From: Botryllus schlosseri
Lineage: Eukaryota
Reading direction: 5' to 3'
NCBI GenBank assembly: GCA_051294905.1
Contig: CM119373.1
Coordinates: 1,862,001 to 1,926,000 of the forward strand
DNA length: 64,000 nt
Shown: one piece after another, positions 25,621 to 38,277 of the stretch
Position numbering within the stretch: the first letter of the stretch is position 1
How the letters are laid out: each line of letters begins with the position of its first letter
Position numbers and translations under genes: made by a program
Notes under the pieces: model-generated
The model's database searches: none
The model's input: the letters and a program-made list of their open reading frames with translations, nothing else
What the model was told of the DNA's origin: nothing

Positions 25621-25849
25621 CTGCCCAACTTTATCAGTTGCCACTCTATTGGGAAACTCAGCGCTAATCAATTAAATATACCAGATACTCACCATTTCCA
25701 GTAGGAAATTCCCAGCAGAATGAACCTAGACGACTCTCTGTAGGAAGGGCTACTTGCTGAGACAACGTATCTGAACAGATAAATAACAGTCAGTGGCACC
25801 TCAAACACGCAATAACGGGCATGGGTTGATTAAACGCAGTCAAATAATG

Positions 25850-26610
25850 GTAATCTTATAGCTGGCGAACAGAGCGCAAAATTTAATAAAACAGGTCTCA
25901 ATATAAAGCTACTTTCGCACTGATTCAGAAAATATAAATTAAAATCTGGTCCGGGCACTAAAACCCCCCGAAAATTGCCTTTAAAATCCGAAATCGGCAT
26001 TGTTTCTAACAAAGGTAGCGGCAGTAGACAATGACAAATCAAATGTCTAGAACTGATTGTGACATCATTGAGCGCCTTGGCAAAGTCGTGCTGAATATAT
26101 ATTACAATGAAATTCATGAACCGCTGTGCCCAATGGAACAAACTGTTTTTTAGATCGGCCTGTTGCGTACCAAGAAATACGCGTTGATAGTAAATTTTAT
26201 GATATGGTATATGTTCAGGCTTTTGTGCTATAATTTATATTTATCCAAATTTTTGAATGCGCGACGACGCATAAAATACACAAACTATTCACATTACGAC
26301 TTATTCGCGCTACAGCGATTGATACGACTCGCTATACTCTGAGTCTGAGAATCACGGGGAACACGGCAAGCGACTTCGCCAGGGCGCCCAATGAGGTCAC
26401 AATCAGTACGAGACATTGAACGGTCATTGTCTACCGATGTTACCATTGATAGAAACAATACCGACTTTGACCCTTCGAGGGCGATTTCCGGGCGTTCCAG
26501 TGCCCGGACCAGATTTTAATTTCATTTTTCGGAGTCAGTGCGAAAGTAGCTTTCGATTGAGACCCGTGCAATTAAATTGTTCGTTCTGGTCGCCTGCTCT
26601 AACATTAATG
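25850..26610. repeat. Diverged inverted-repeat pair (arms ~25850-26088 and ~26371-26610)
   Basis: Arms align as reverse complements with shared blocks tagaaacaat, agtgcccggaccagattttaattt, tcagtgcgaaagtagcttt. Confidence 0.8.
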
Positions 26611-27411
26611 TTGAGTTATCAAATTGGAAGTTTCTACAGTCATCATTGCATGAGCTGAGCATAAAAAATTTCAAATAATTCATAACTTACATACGGTACC
26701 CAGCTCAGCTTTCTAGACTATATATAAGAGTTGAATAATTTTTTACAAATCAAACGGTCATAACTGCAGATTTCTTGCTGTTTTGATACCACATGGAGGA
26801 ATTAAGCTCTAACCTGCATTTGGTAAATTGGTGATGCACTGTCCGTAAAATCACTACATTACTGGCAGATTTCTTCCTCCATTTTTCTTCAAGATGCTGA
26901 GATTTCTTTTCGAAATGTTTCGCCTGAGCTTCAGCAAGATCAGTATCACTGGTATCAGTGGAACATGTGCGTTTTCTTTGAATCTTCTCGTGACCACCCG
27001 AATCAGACCTTGAATCGGAATCATATTTGGTAGATCTTCATATCCGTCGTCTTTTCCCCGCATCCGATGCCGAGCTATCCAAGTTAGTATTGCAATATAG
27101 TACTGAAACCATATATATATAGGGCTGGGTAGAATTGAATATCGGTACTTCAATAATACAATTTGGAAGCCAAACATTAATATGATGATTGAAATACCAG
27201 CAACCACGACTCTTGAGTAGGGATGTCTATCACTCAATTTGGGTTACGGGTCTAATTCAAAAATTCTGATAGCTTGCGGTCAGTCAAATGTTTCTGTACC
27301 TTCCAATCCATTTCCAGTCATAAATCACAAAACAGTAACTCTTACCTTATGTTGATCAAGAAATCAGGTTTGGTTACAATAAAAGGACGTACTATAACAG
27401 TATCAACTCCA

Positions 27412-27441
27412 AACCTACCTACCTACCTACCTACCTACCTA
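27412..27441. repeat. (ACCT)n microsatellite
   Basis: About 7 perfect tetranucleotide units. Confidence 0.9.
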
Positions 27442-29704
27442 TACCGAACATCCGTCATAATAGCTCTTTAATACTATATAGGGATTCAATAACCAAGCGC
27501 ATTTTCGTTGTGCACATACGCCACTTCTGACTATAACCGTATCATTATCATTGACTGACTACACTGCTACAACCAGTGGTTATGGTTAGGTAATCACCGA
27601 GCTAAGTGGCACACAGCAAATGTCGAAAATGCTTCTCGCCGCTGACAACAATTCACTTCTAAGAATCACGGTTCAAACTTCCCAGACGAAAATTTGAATC
27701 ACGTGAACTAGGCTCGCTGCGCAATGCGCCACTGCGCATATGGATGAAAAAGGCTAATGATCTCATTCACTTCAGGCATGGCGCGACGCACGAGGAAAGC
27801 TCGTCAATCGTTGAGTGGTATTCAGTGGGGTAACATCACTTAGCTATATAACATCGGTAAAACATTATGCGGTACAAAAATTGTAATTGTCAAATTGTAA
27901 AGTTTATTACGTGCTCGAAATAAAAGTACGAAAGAGGATGTACCATTATCGAAGTCGATAATAGAGTATACCATTAACTATTCAATATACCAGCATATAA
28001 TCCCTGTAAATTATATGGCGATCAAGTCAGATTCACTGTGCGCAGTCGCCATTTCTGCCGACCCATTGAACGCATTCAAGTGAAAAACGCTAAACATCTC
28101 ACGGCATGACGCATGCGAAAAGTTCGTAACATCTTTCGGAATTGCGAATGTTCACCGCAGGAACAAACAGTAACACGACAGCTAATAGGGCACAGAAATG
28201 GCAATGTTTAAAAGCTTGAAATGTAGGCCCGACAGTGAATATTGACCGTTCAATGCCAGCATGCATAATCCGGTTACGTGACGTCGCTATGAAGAATCAC
28301 GTCCAGTGACGATTTTCCTTCAAATTCTATTGAAATATTTTGAAATACTGAATGTGTGCAATTTGTGCATATCAGCGTCGGGAGTTAATGAGAGGTTGAC
28401 TTTATAGCTGAAACAAAATGGAGCTATCCTCACACTGTCCGAATATGATATCCATTGGAATTCTGATTCGTGCTTTCAGTGGACTATCCCGAATATCGGT
28501 GTGTAAACGTGCGATTTTCTTTCGAACTGTACTCTTGAAACATTTTGAAAGGATGAAATATGTGCCCTTATCAGCAAGAACTTGAGTGGTTGACTTTTTA
28601 GCTGATACAACATGGAAATATCCGCACACTGTCAGATTATGATATCCACTGGAAATTGAATTGGGACTTTTAGTGGACTATCCGAAATGATTTTCTGTAT
28701 GTATGTCCTAGGATATCCGAACCGGACATTTTCCAACGTGGATAGCCAAGTATTAGCCCACGTCTGTCCAAACGGACACTGGGACACTCGGACACTGCTT
28801 GGATAGCCCTAGGCAATTATGTGTTTGCTGGGAGGAGTATTTCGTTTACTGACCACCTCTGCTTACTGATGTCCAGATGCAGCCAATCTAGTTTATTTCA
28901 CGGCCAAGCAAAGCAATGGCTGTAGCGCTGTTCATAGGAAGTTCTGAAGTTTTGGAAATGGGAGTTCAGCTAGATTAGGTATCAAGATTATATTGGCTGA
29001 ATATATCGGGATGTCGGCGAAGGCACTGGTTATCGGATTTATCGGATTCGGGTAAGGCTCATGTCCATAATAATACAAAATATGACGACAAATGATAAGT
29101 AATGTGTTTCATAATATTTTGATATCTATTTACATTCAGATATTTTGCAAGCGCAGACTTGTATATTTCCTCATGGTCGATACCAACCGTTTCTCCAATG
29201 AGGTCGCATCTCTCGGTGTTACTTAGATTCAAGCAGAGTATGTCGGCTTGTTTGAGTAAACAGGCTTCAATGAAATTCAAACAATACAACGCACATATCA
29301 AACGATGAAGCGGAATGTATCGTGCCTACATAAAGTTACTTATTTACAATTACGATTTTTCGCGACTGTTAGACTGACTACAACCGTAGCGTCGTAATTA
29401 ACAACAATTCAAGTATTCATGTTTCATTCATGATACGCAAATATCCGGTAATTAATAAAAGAAAAACGTTTTCGAACTATTCCAGTATGCAGTATGTCGT
29501 TGAAAAAAGTATTATATTATTGGATTTGCGTATATAGTATATAATTAAAGAAATAATATTATTTTTATCGAGGGACGTAGGAATTAGGATGAGGGGTGAA
29601 AACAAAACCGTGCTTTGTCAGATAAGACGATATATAATATCCGGTGGTCTGGTTAGTTAGCCAGACGAAGTAACGATGCAGCATCGTGATCTGAAATCGT
29701 ATTG

Positions 29705-30260
29705 TAGATTGCCAACCCACGGATAGATGCGCAAGATGTGAGTCACGGATGAATGCACCGACAAACGTACTGCAGAGCCGGCTAAAACCAGCCAACTTTG
29801 TAGTCCTAGAGCTGGCGATTCAAGCGTCCAAATTTGATGCATCTGGTCTTTATCGTAAGCTATTGATGCACTAATTCCGAAAGTACAAATTAAAATCTCG
29901 TCAGGGCAATGTAACTGCTCCAAAATAGCCGTTTAAGGCCGACTGTTCTGAAAAGTGAGAGCGCCGCAGCAGCATGACCACAACAATGACCAATTACTCC
30001 CAGCGATTGTTCAGAACAATGCCGATTCCCAGACTTTCACGACTATTTTGGGATGGTACCATTGCCTAGAAATATACTTTTATTACGGAATCAGTGCGAC
30101 ACTAGCTTTTGATTAGGTCCATACATATCAAATTTCGACGCTTGGATCGTTAGCCATGGGACTATCAATTCTGCTGCTTTTAGCCGGCTCAGCAGTTCGC
30201 TTCTCGGCGTATTCAATCGTGAGTCACGTGTTGCGAATCCATCCGTTGGTTAGTAATCTA
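29705..30260. repeat. Diverged inverted-repeat pair related to the 25850-26610 family
   Basis: Arms ~29705-29915 and ~30058-30260 are reverse complements; tcagtgcgacactagcttttgattaggtcc resembles tcagtgcgaaagtagctttcgattgagacc. Confidence 0.7.
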
Positions 30261-30431
30261 ATAATTGTATACAATGGCAGCCGAGGCCAGCATAGCGGTA
30301 AAAATAAAAAACTTCGCCCGCAAGGGCGCAGTCAAGGGCTTCCGCGAATGGATCCACCAAATTCCTTGTCGATATTTAAAGAGAATGCATTATAAGTCAA
30401 TTATTTTATGTTGTGCTTGTCAGGTCTCAAT

Positions 30432-30602
30432 AGCAATTTAATGTAATTGAAATTGTAATTGAGCAAAATTTTTGTCAAATTACAATTACAATTACAATTA
30501 CACAAAATAAAAATGCTTCAATTACAATTACATTACAATTACATTGAAATATGTAATTAATTACATTCAATTACATTACAAATTACAATTGATCCAACTC
30601 TG
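30432..30602. repeat. (CAATTA)n/(TAATTG)n array, MITE subterminal region
   Basis: Tandem caatta hexamers in both orientations ending gatccaactctg. Confidence 0.7.
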
Positions 30603-32273
30603 CTACGTGGTAGTGAATACGGTATTCTCACAGCTCATTCAACCGCTGGACATCTGCGACGTGCAGTGACTGTGTATAAGTTTGTGCGTCGTTGGAAATA
30701 TCATTTATGAGTCGGTTGTAAAAGAACCTTGCGGTTAAGGACTTAGTCAGTAAATGGTTGCATTTGTTTAATGTGCTGTTCTCAGGCATCACAGTTTTTA
30801 TGAGCAGTTTATATCGCTGGTAACTAATGCACGGGTAAAAATCGATAGGAGAGTTTTAAGAGTCGCGGACTCATAGCGAAGGGTAATCGTCTCCTGAAGA
30901 ACTGCAATTGTTTCATCTCTCCAAAATATATTTAATCGAATGGTGAATTACAAGATGCTGAATACAATATGCATACGTAAGCGCACAATACCATAGTTTG
31001 TAATCTAGGAAGTGGATTGGATATAACATTTTCATAAAATGAAGACCTATTTAGATACTATCAGCTATTCCCCTGCGATACTGCCTACTAGATATTAAAA
31101 TAGTGAAAATAATCGGTGCATTGCTGAAGACTTGGATTCAAGGATTACTATCAGAGACGACAAATGAGTCTAAAAGTACTCTTTCATAGTCACGGCTAAT
31201 TCGATAAAAATGTCAATTGTTGAATGGTGGTGACCACTGGTTTTCAAGCTTTGTGAGCTTTGTTAGCATTGTGATTGAGGAGAGTACAGGCACATTAGAG
31301 CTTGGTATCATATGATGTTGCTTCAACTTCAGTCTCGCGAGGATACGAGAAGAGAAAATAAAGTCACGATACTCTGTGTTCGGCTCTTTAGCTCAATCTA
31401 ACTCGGGAACTCATAACGGTTTAATAACGGTAAAGCAAAATTTTGACTACCACCTACATCTGAGTTTTTGTGGCATATCGCGGCCCGAGCCTCACCCATG
31501 AAAAGGAATTCGTTTTAAATATTGCAGTTGTATGCTACGATTTTACGAACATGTATGACGGACAGAACGCGCACAAATCACAATTCTACCCAAAACAGCT
31601 CTACGAAACATGTCTGATTGCAAGAACGGAACTATTACTTGCCGAGTACGGAGCATATCCATGTCGTAAGGTTTGGCCATCCAGCATCGGTTATTTTTAG
31701 ACCAAAGTTTTGTCGCCGCTTATGTTTTTGGCACCGCATTTTATAAGCGTCTTGTTGGCCAAAACTTTACGTTCTCATGTAACCCAACGCAGAAGGGGTT
31801 GGCCTCGAAATGAATCTCATATGCCTGAACTCGTTCGTTGCACACCCCTACACTAGTTCAACCCAACGGTCTTCGACCATTTTCTCATGAAAAACTAGTC
31901 AGACAAATCTTATCCTAATTGTCATGATAAAGAAAGATTTCCTTCTTGTCTCGCTTATTGGCTACATTACCCATCATAGTGACCTTGGATATGTAAAGAC
32001 GATCGCAGGATTTGGCAGTAAATTCAACAAATATTTGTCTACATCGTCTACATCAGTGCTCTTCGACCGGAGTTTTCGTACACCCTAGGGCAGAGGTGGG
32101 CAACATACGGCCCGCGGGCCGGATCCCGCCCGCGAAGGGATTTTGTCCGGCCCGCGGACAGTTTTTCGTCTTATATGATAATGTGGCCCGCCGGCCCCAG
32201 TCTTCCGAGATTCCCAACTACTTGCTTACATACATTTTAGTGGTTGTATGTTTTTATACATATGTATGTACAG

Positions 32274-32892
32274 TAGGGCTGTTCAAAAATAACTTTTTTT
32301 CCTGAATCTTGCTGGTTACTTGATTAAATCGTTAGGTTGCCTTGAAAAACGACGCATACCAAATTTGAATTCATTCCGACAAATATTCGCGGGTTACGTA
32401 GAGTTTGAAAATTTTGGATTTGCCCAGAAACGCAAAAAAAAATTTTTCTCAAATTTTTTTGCCAACCCCATGAAATTGTTGGGCTGTCTTCAAAAACTAT
32501 GCAAAACAAATTTGACTCAATTCCAAGCTGTAGAACCGGAGTTATTTCAGTTTTTATTCGATAATTCTGGGATTATCCTTGATTGGTGGATAATCCAAGA
32601 ATTCACACCGTAAAACTGGAATAACTCCGCTTCTACGGCTTGGAATTGAGTCAAATTTGTTTTGCATAGTTTTTGAAGACAGCCGAACAATTTCATGGGG
32701 TTGGCAAAAAAATTTGAGAAAAAATTTTTTTTGCGTTTTTGGGCAAATCCAAAATTTTCAAACTCTACGTAACCCGCGAATATTTGTCGGAATGAATTCA
32801 AATTTGGTATGCGTCGTTTTTTAAGGCAACCTAACGATTTAATCAAGTAACCAGCAAGATTCAGGAAAAAAAGTTATTTTTGAACAGCCCTA
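32274..32892. mobile_element. 619-bp foldback MITE, near-perfect palindrome, third layer
   Basis: Arms ~32274-32553 and ~32612-32892 are almost exact reverse complements; exact TSD atgtacag (32266-32273, 32893-32900). Confidence 0.95.
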
Positions 32893-33374
32893 ATGTACAG
32901 CGAGCGAGGGTGGAGCTTACGCGTAAGTTCGTCGAAGTGAGAAGACTTGCATTATCGGCATTTACGATGTACTGAACCCTAATGTCATTTGTGATAATAA
33001 TGGTGTTTGTCGACGACAATGGTCATTTACACCAGGCCGATATTTCTTATTTTTGATTCCGTAACCGCCGACTTGTAGCACGGCGCACACTTCTAGGCTT
33101 TTGTAAGACACCGATTATGCCAGGTGTCGCCAACTGAAAACGGGTCGCGGGCCAATTTCAAATTTCAAGGCCGCGGCCCGCATGAATTTAATATCGAGAT
33201 AGACAGGCCGCACAGTTTAACAACCACACTATCTCGTCACCTACTTAACCCTAATGCACTGATATCTTGGTAAATTTGGGGTACCGGGCTTATTGAACGC
33301 CTTGAAATCTTAATGAAGGATTGCACCGTGTGTTGATTGATCAGAGAGAAGCAGACATGGTGGTACCTGTATGA

Positions 33375-34053
33375 CAGGGATGGCCAACCTGCGGCCGTAG
33401 AAGCATATTTGTGCGGCCGTGGACACGTAATTCAATTAGTAGGTGTTGGCAGCCGTCGACGTATAATTTGAATTTACGAATTGACTCCCGATTTCTTGAA
33501 AGATTTTTATTATTCTTGAAATTTTCTTCGCGCAGTGCGCGATTCAATGCGACTTTATTTTTCGATTTTAATATAGTTGCGCACTTTGCAATCAGAGCCC
33601 CACAGTACAGTTGCGAACAGATGCGCCACATATTAAAATACCAACTCGGAATCGTGTTCTCCTCACTATATCGACAATCCTGACGGGAGGTCAAGACATG
33701 CAAAGAACAGCATGCAACAAAGTGACTAATAATAATTGGCATGCCCTGACCGACCCTCCACCAACTCTACCGGTGAATCTGATCACATGGGATGAGAAAT
33801 AATATGTAGAACTACTAATTTTATTGACTAAATCCATGAATGAATCCGAAAAAATTTTCGCGCTTGGCGCGACTATGAACAGCCTACATTATTTAATAGA
33901 TTAGTACGAAGTTCGCCGGAAATGGACATAGACACTTTAACATGAGTATTTGGCGTCCTGCTAGTTCATTACGACTATTCCCTGGAATGCGGCCGTAGGC
34001 TACATGAGTAGTCGAAATGCGGCCGTGACTGGCAAAAAGATTGGCCACCCTTG
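33375..34053. mobile_element. hAT MITE (gcggccgt family), third layer
   Basis: Ends cagggatggccaa / ttggccacccttg; TSD ctgtatga / ctatatga (1 mismatch). Confidence 0.75.
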
Positions 34054-34697
34054 CTATATGACAGTGCTGTTCTCAAATCCACATTGTCTTCGTCATTTTT
34101 GTGCGAGAAATGGCTTTGAAGTTGCATTGCTGTCATTAAAATACATTCATTAAATACGATTTATTTCTGGTATACGTGGATAAATGGGCGAATAATGTAG
34201 CGATTCTGCAATTCGGCCCGCCAAGTACTTAATTTTACTATATCCGGCCCGCCGACTTGGAGAAGTTGCCCGCCCCTGCCCTAGGGTGTACCAGAATTTT
34301 CAAAGGGTGTACCACTCGAATGGGGTGTACAGGGGTGTACTAGATCCGAATTACAATGAGCCGATGGCTAGCTATCACAAAGGCAGGTTTATGCGTCAGT
34401 ACAGATTGACGCACAGGTTAATGAGCAATGGCAGTGCTCTTCAACCGGGTGTTTCGTATACCCCAGGGTGTACCATAATTTTTGAAGTGTGTACCAGTCG
34501 GATTGGGTGTACAGGGCTGTACCAGATCCACATTATGATGGACCGATGATACGATGACTATAGCTATCACAATAGATACGCCAGTTTACGCTTCAAAACT
34601 GGTTGACTGGATGTGTAATATCGTATAATATAATGTCATAAGCAAATGTTTCTCATCAGTTAACCTTAGGTAATGGACTTATTTCGTCCTTTTCGAG

Positions 34698-34995
34698 GGT
34701 TCCATACTATTACCAAGAATGCTATTACCGAGAATGGACACTACCGAGAACGGACATTAGTGAGAATGGACATTACCGAGAACGGAAATTACCGAGAATG
34801 GACATTACCGAGAATGGCCAATGCCAAGAATCTGGCTTAATGTAACGGACGTTGTCGAGAAATTTATACCTGAGAATCGATACCGAATGTGGCAACGTCT
34901 TGATGCACAAACCCGGCCTGTTCATATGCCTAACATGCCTGTATTGCTTGTATTGCATTCTCGGTAATGTCCATTCTCGGTATTGACCGGACACC
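34698..34995. mobile_element. MITE with tandem 16-bp subterminal repeats (ttaccgagaatggaca), 9-bp TSD (Mutator-like)
   Basis: About 6 tandem units at 34710-34820, two inverted units at 34955-34982; TSD cttttcgag (34689-34697, 34996-35004). Exact boundaries ambiguous by 1 nt. Confidence 0.75.
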
Positions 34996-35391
34996 CTTTT
35001 CGAGTAGAGCAGGGTGGAGTTAGAATGTGTTCAGCTTGCGACATCTGTCTGACGATTCTCGAGGAAACCACCGCTACTGCTCAGACATTTTGAATTGGTG
35101 CTTCCTGCGGCAAGCTTATGAATAGGGCAGAATACATGCTTGCGCAGCCAGGGGGTCGAGTTTGCGAACCACTGCGTTAGATGGTGGTCCAGTAACCTCG
35201 AGCCCTGATTCGTATTTAGCATTTCCTATACGTTGCAGCCTTGCTCAAATGTTCATTCTTATGTCGGCAAGGCCATGGGTGCTCAACCTGCGGACGTACG
35301 GCCTCGTTCAGCCGTAAACCCATAATTTTGCGACCTTCTACACATGTTTAAATTAGCGTGTGTTGGCGGCCGTCATTATGCAACCAATTGT

Positions 35392-35465
35392 TGCTGGTTC
35401 GAGTATCGGCTCAGCCATGTTTTTATGTGTCGGAGGTTTATCTAGGCTCCTCGTCGCCGTCGTAG
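35392..35465 (+). mobile_element. SINE head fragment
   Basis: ggttcgag B-box-like motif followed by tatgtgtcggaggtttatctaggctcctcgtcgccg, matching the SINE at 54080-54150 (-). Confidence 0.6.
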
Positions 35466-37651
35466 CGTCTTGAAAAGCCTAGCTAGAAGAAGAGTGAGCC
35501 GAGCTCCAAAGTCAGCAGCAGAGTCCTGAAAGTGGACGCACGTTAGCGAGAGAGAATGAAGAGTGGAAGTGCGCGTGCAAGCGAAAGTCATCCTCATTAC
35601 CCAAAGCAAAGACACTAAACTTTAAGAAATGCACTGTCGAGGCGCACAAATTCTAAACATGCGATCATCGCCACTGTCATTGATGTGTAATAGTAGAAAT
35701 ACTAATATTAACAATACAAACAATCCTGGTGGGTGGCCAAGAAATAACAACATGCAACTAAGTGATTAATAAAAACCAGAAGATGCATCATTAATATTGT
35801 GCCCAATATTTTCGAAGACACCGTTCATCAGCTCTATGGGTTATAATCTGATCACATGAGCTGAGAATGAATAAACTTTTGACAAGAATATGTGAAACTA
35901 CCAACATTTTCGATGAAATCCACTCAAGGGGCAAAATTTTCGCGCTCCGCGCGACTGCACACAACTCTAGTACCTTTTCTTGACATTTATACTCGCGATT
36001 TCGGTAGATAAATTATATATTGTAATAAGCCTGCTGGGATGTTTTGCTTCTACAATAAGAATATTTACGCAAGGCATATCTCAAGAAATAATAGTAAAGT
36101 CACAAAACACCAACCACAAGGGCTCTCCGAGGTGTTAAGTTCCCAGTATAAAATTTCATATGAGTATTTGTCGTCCATGGGCCATGGCGACTCCTCGCTG
36201 GAATCCGGACCTATTTTATATGTAATCAAACTGCGGCTTTCTGCGTTGTCGGTGTATTATATGGTCAGGGGTGTACAAGTTTTGAGAAAATGTTAAAAGG
36301 GTGTACCACGACGAAAAAGGTTGAAGAGCACTGGTCTACATAATAACAGATAGCTCTGGCACCGTGTCGACTCAGGATTATACTCTTTGTGGTCCACACT
36401 TTATTAACTCTTGAAGGGAAAAATTTGCGTTACAGTAACTTGCAAATGCGAGTCTGTAATGATGGTGTTTACTACTACTCTCGTGCCTCGCGTTAACAGT
36501 TATCACGAAAATATGGCGACTGTTTTGCGAAATGAAGCAGATAGTCAATTTGACGTCATTTTTCCAGCCTGTCGCGGGCTCAGACGGTCTGACACACTGT
36601 ATGTCTGCCGCTACATCATAGCTTCCAAACCATGCAGCATGCTTTTGGCTACGTAATAATGATTGTGCGAAAATATCAATTCACTGCGGTTTGGAGAGCT
36701 ACGATTAGTGGCGCGTCATAAGTTGAACAAGTGCGTCGCAACTATAAAAGTTACACTGACCTTAAATTTCCTCTTTTTCATTCGCACTTGATCCGGATTT
36801 TCCTTCGCACCATTCGTACCACTTTCGTCATTCGCACAAGTCGAACCACAGGTTAAAAAGCACTGGTCATGAGGATTTGGAAGTGACATCGTTGTCAGCT
36901 TCTACGGTTAACCATACGGATTGTTACCTGAACGATATTCGGAATTCCCTAACATAATAACTACGATATACGACCTGGTGATCATTCCTACTACGGAGAT
37001 AATGTATATATGTAAGGTATTTCATATATAAATCCAATAACCTATCCGTAAATGTCATGCCAGTGGTGTCAAAGCTAGTATCACAATGTTCCTTCCTGAA
37101 TGTTCTGAGGAACGTGTCACGTCATATTTACAAGGGTTGTTATCGCGTTATATGTGTTGATGTATGTATAATGTCTATAGGTCGTTTCACAGGGGTGCAA
37201 TCAGGGTACCCAAATAGGCCAAAGTCGAGGACAGAACATTTTCTCCAATAAATCGCTGTTCCACGGCAATTGTTAGAGCATGCTTGCGCTTAACAGAGAC
37301 AAATCCCAGAGATTATGATCAACGAAGTTATTTCATGTCCTTGTATTGTACTCGTAGTGATCGGGTCCGAGCCTTCTAGCACTACTGCTAAAGTGGTTGT
37401 GTTCTTATAGACCACCTACGCTTTATATTCCAACATTTTTTGGGCGAAAATCACAAATATACATTTAAGGCCCCTTCCATCTGAAAGTAGTGTTTGGGTA
37501 AAAGTGATTTGGGTAATATTGTCGTAACAGCGACAGGCAGATAGATGCATCTTGCAATTATCAATGGCGTGGCTAACGATCGACAAACATAATATTACCA
37601 TATCTTTTCCAAATCTAATAATCCGAAATATACTTCACCGAGAATTAAAAT

Positions 37652-37768
37652 ACTTTCGTTTCGTAGTTCTACTATCAATAGAAAAATAGTGTTGAAAATG
37701 TCCACTTGCATTTGAATCGAAAGTGTGTCCGTTACTTTTTATTGCACTTTGACTTTGACCTATGACCT
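37652..37768 (+). promoter_or_regulatory. Candidate promoter motifs of the plus-strand gene: ISRE/IRF-like sites and a perfect DR1 nuclear-receptor element
   Basis: actttcgtttc (37652-37662), aatcgaaagt (37715-37724), TGACCT-A-TGACCT (37756-37768), ~250-350 bp upstream of the first candidate donor (38005/38006). Motif match only. Confidence 0.3.
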
Positions 37769-38073
37769 ATTTGATCACATTGTTACATGGAACATGTTAT
37801 TGATCATACGACTATATTCAAATGGAAATGTGTAACAGAAAAAGAAACTATATTCAGCCTATACAAGATTTAATTAGCTAGCAGATAAATCTAAATTATT
37901 GACAGGAATCCGCATATGTGTCGAATTGAGCATTTCGAAATCGTAGCTATATTCTGTTGTCATCCGAATTTGACCGACAATAACGAAAATGTTTGAATAC
38001 GGCAGGTAACTAGAAAACTAGTTGCTAATCATCAAGCGAATACTACAATCAGAGAAGATAGCTAGCGGTTTCA

Positions 38074-38140
38074 ATGGCAGAAGGAGGTCACGACCCACGT
38101 GGTCAGAATATCAACCCATCATCCGAAGGTACTATCGTAG
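38074..38140 (+). CDS. First coding exon of the mini-exon gene (MAEGGHDPRGQNINPSSEGTIV)
   Basis: tcaATGG context, open frame, TAG|gtgaga donor in phase 1; preceded by a candidate 47-nt 5'UTR intron (38006-38052). Linkage to 50407 is inferred from phase; the intron is largely a 9.5-kb transposon. Confidence 0.55.
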
Positions 38141-38277
38141 GTGAGACCTTATTTTCACAATTTACCCGTTGTAGGAAACATAATTAGTATACCAATTGCC
38201 AATGCCGCCTCGCAAGAGCTTATTTTATATATTTCAATTTATAATGTACTAAATTGATCAAATGATACCGTCGTGGG

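Larger units (their letters stand above)
21530..28832. mobile_element. 7.3-kb CACTA/EnSpm (CMC)-type non-autonomous element with CCC termini
   Basis: 14-bp TIR cccagcaaacacat / atgtgtttgctggg; 2-bp TSD ag; ggata/tatcc subterminal motifs at both ends; decayed spliced ORF pieces on the minus strand (e.g. ~26860-27090 DSSASDAGKRRRI*RSTKYDSDS...). Confidence 0.75.
21299..28861. mobile_element. Small hAT MITE (cagaggtg / cacctctg ends) split by a 7.3-kb insertion
   Basis: TSD cttactgg / cttactga (1 mismatch); related agtagaagt-rich end at ~61940-62008. Confidence 0.6.
32091..34278. mobile_element. hAT MITE (ggcccgc family), second layer
   Basis: TIR cagaggtgggcaac / gttgcccgcccctg; exact TSD ccctaggg (32083-32090, 34279-34286); empty site visible at ~9130. 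Confidence 0.9.
32054..36333. mobile_element. hAT MITE, outermost layer of a nested cluster
   Basis: TIR cagtgctcttcgacc / ggttgaagagcactg; exact TSD gtctacat (32046-32053, 36334-36341). Confidence 0.9.

Noticed and set aside
25830..26658. Divergent paralogous gene pair suggested by similar ORF peptides
   Set aside because: Explained by DNA inverted repeats; substitutions not biased to third positions; TTG starts and no splice structure.
26854..27237. 127-aa ORF with a transmembrane-like stretch
   Set aside because: Inside the EnSpm-type element; a different, stop-interrupted frame looks like the real ancestral ORF.
32320..32846. Two near-identical ORFs (MIKSLGCL...) on opposite strands
   Set aside because: Artefact of the palindromic foldback MITE.
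34710..34820. Regularly spaced 16-bp repeats resembling a CRISPR array
   Set aside because: Units are contiguous with no unique spacers, inverted copies lie at the other end, and the block is flanked by a TSD; no cas genes; eukaryotic context.
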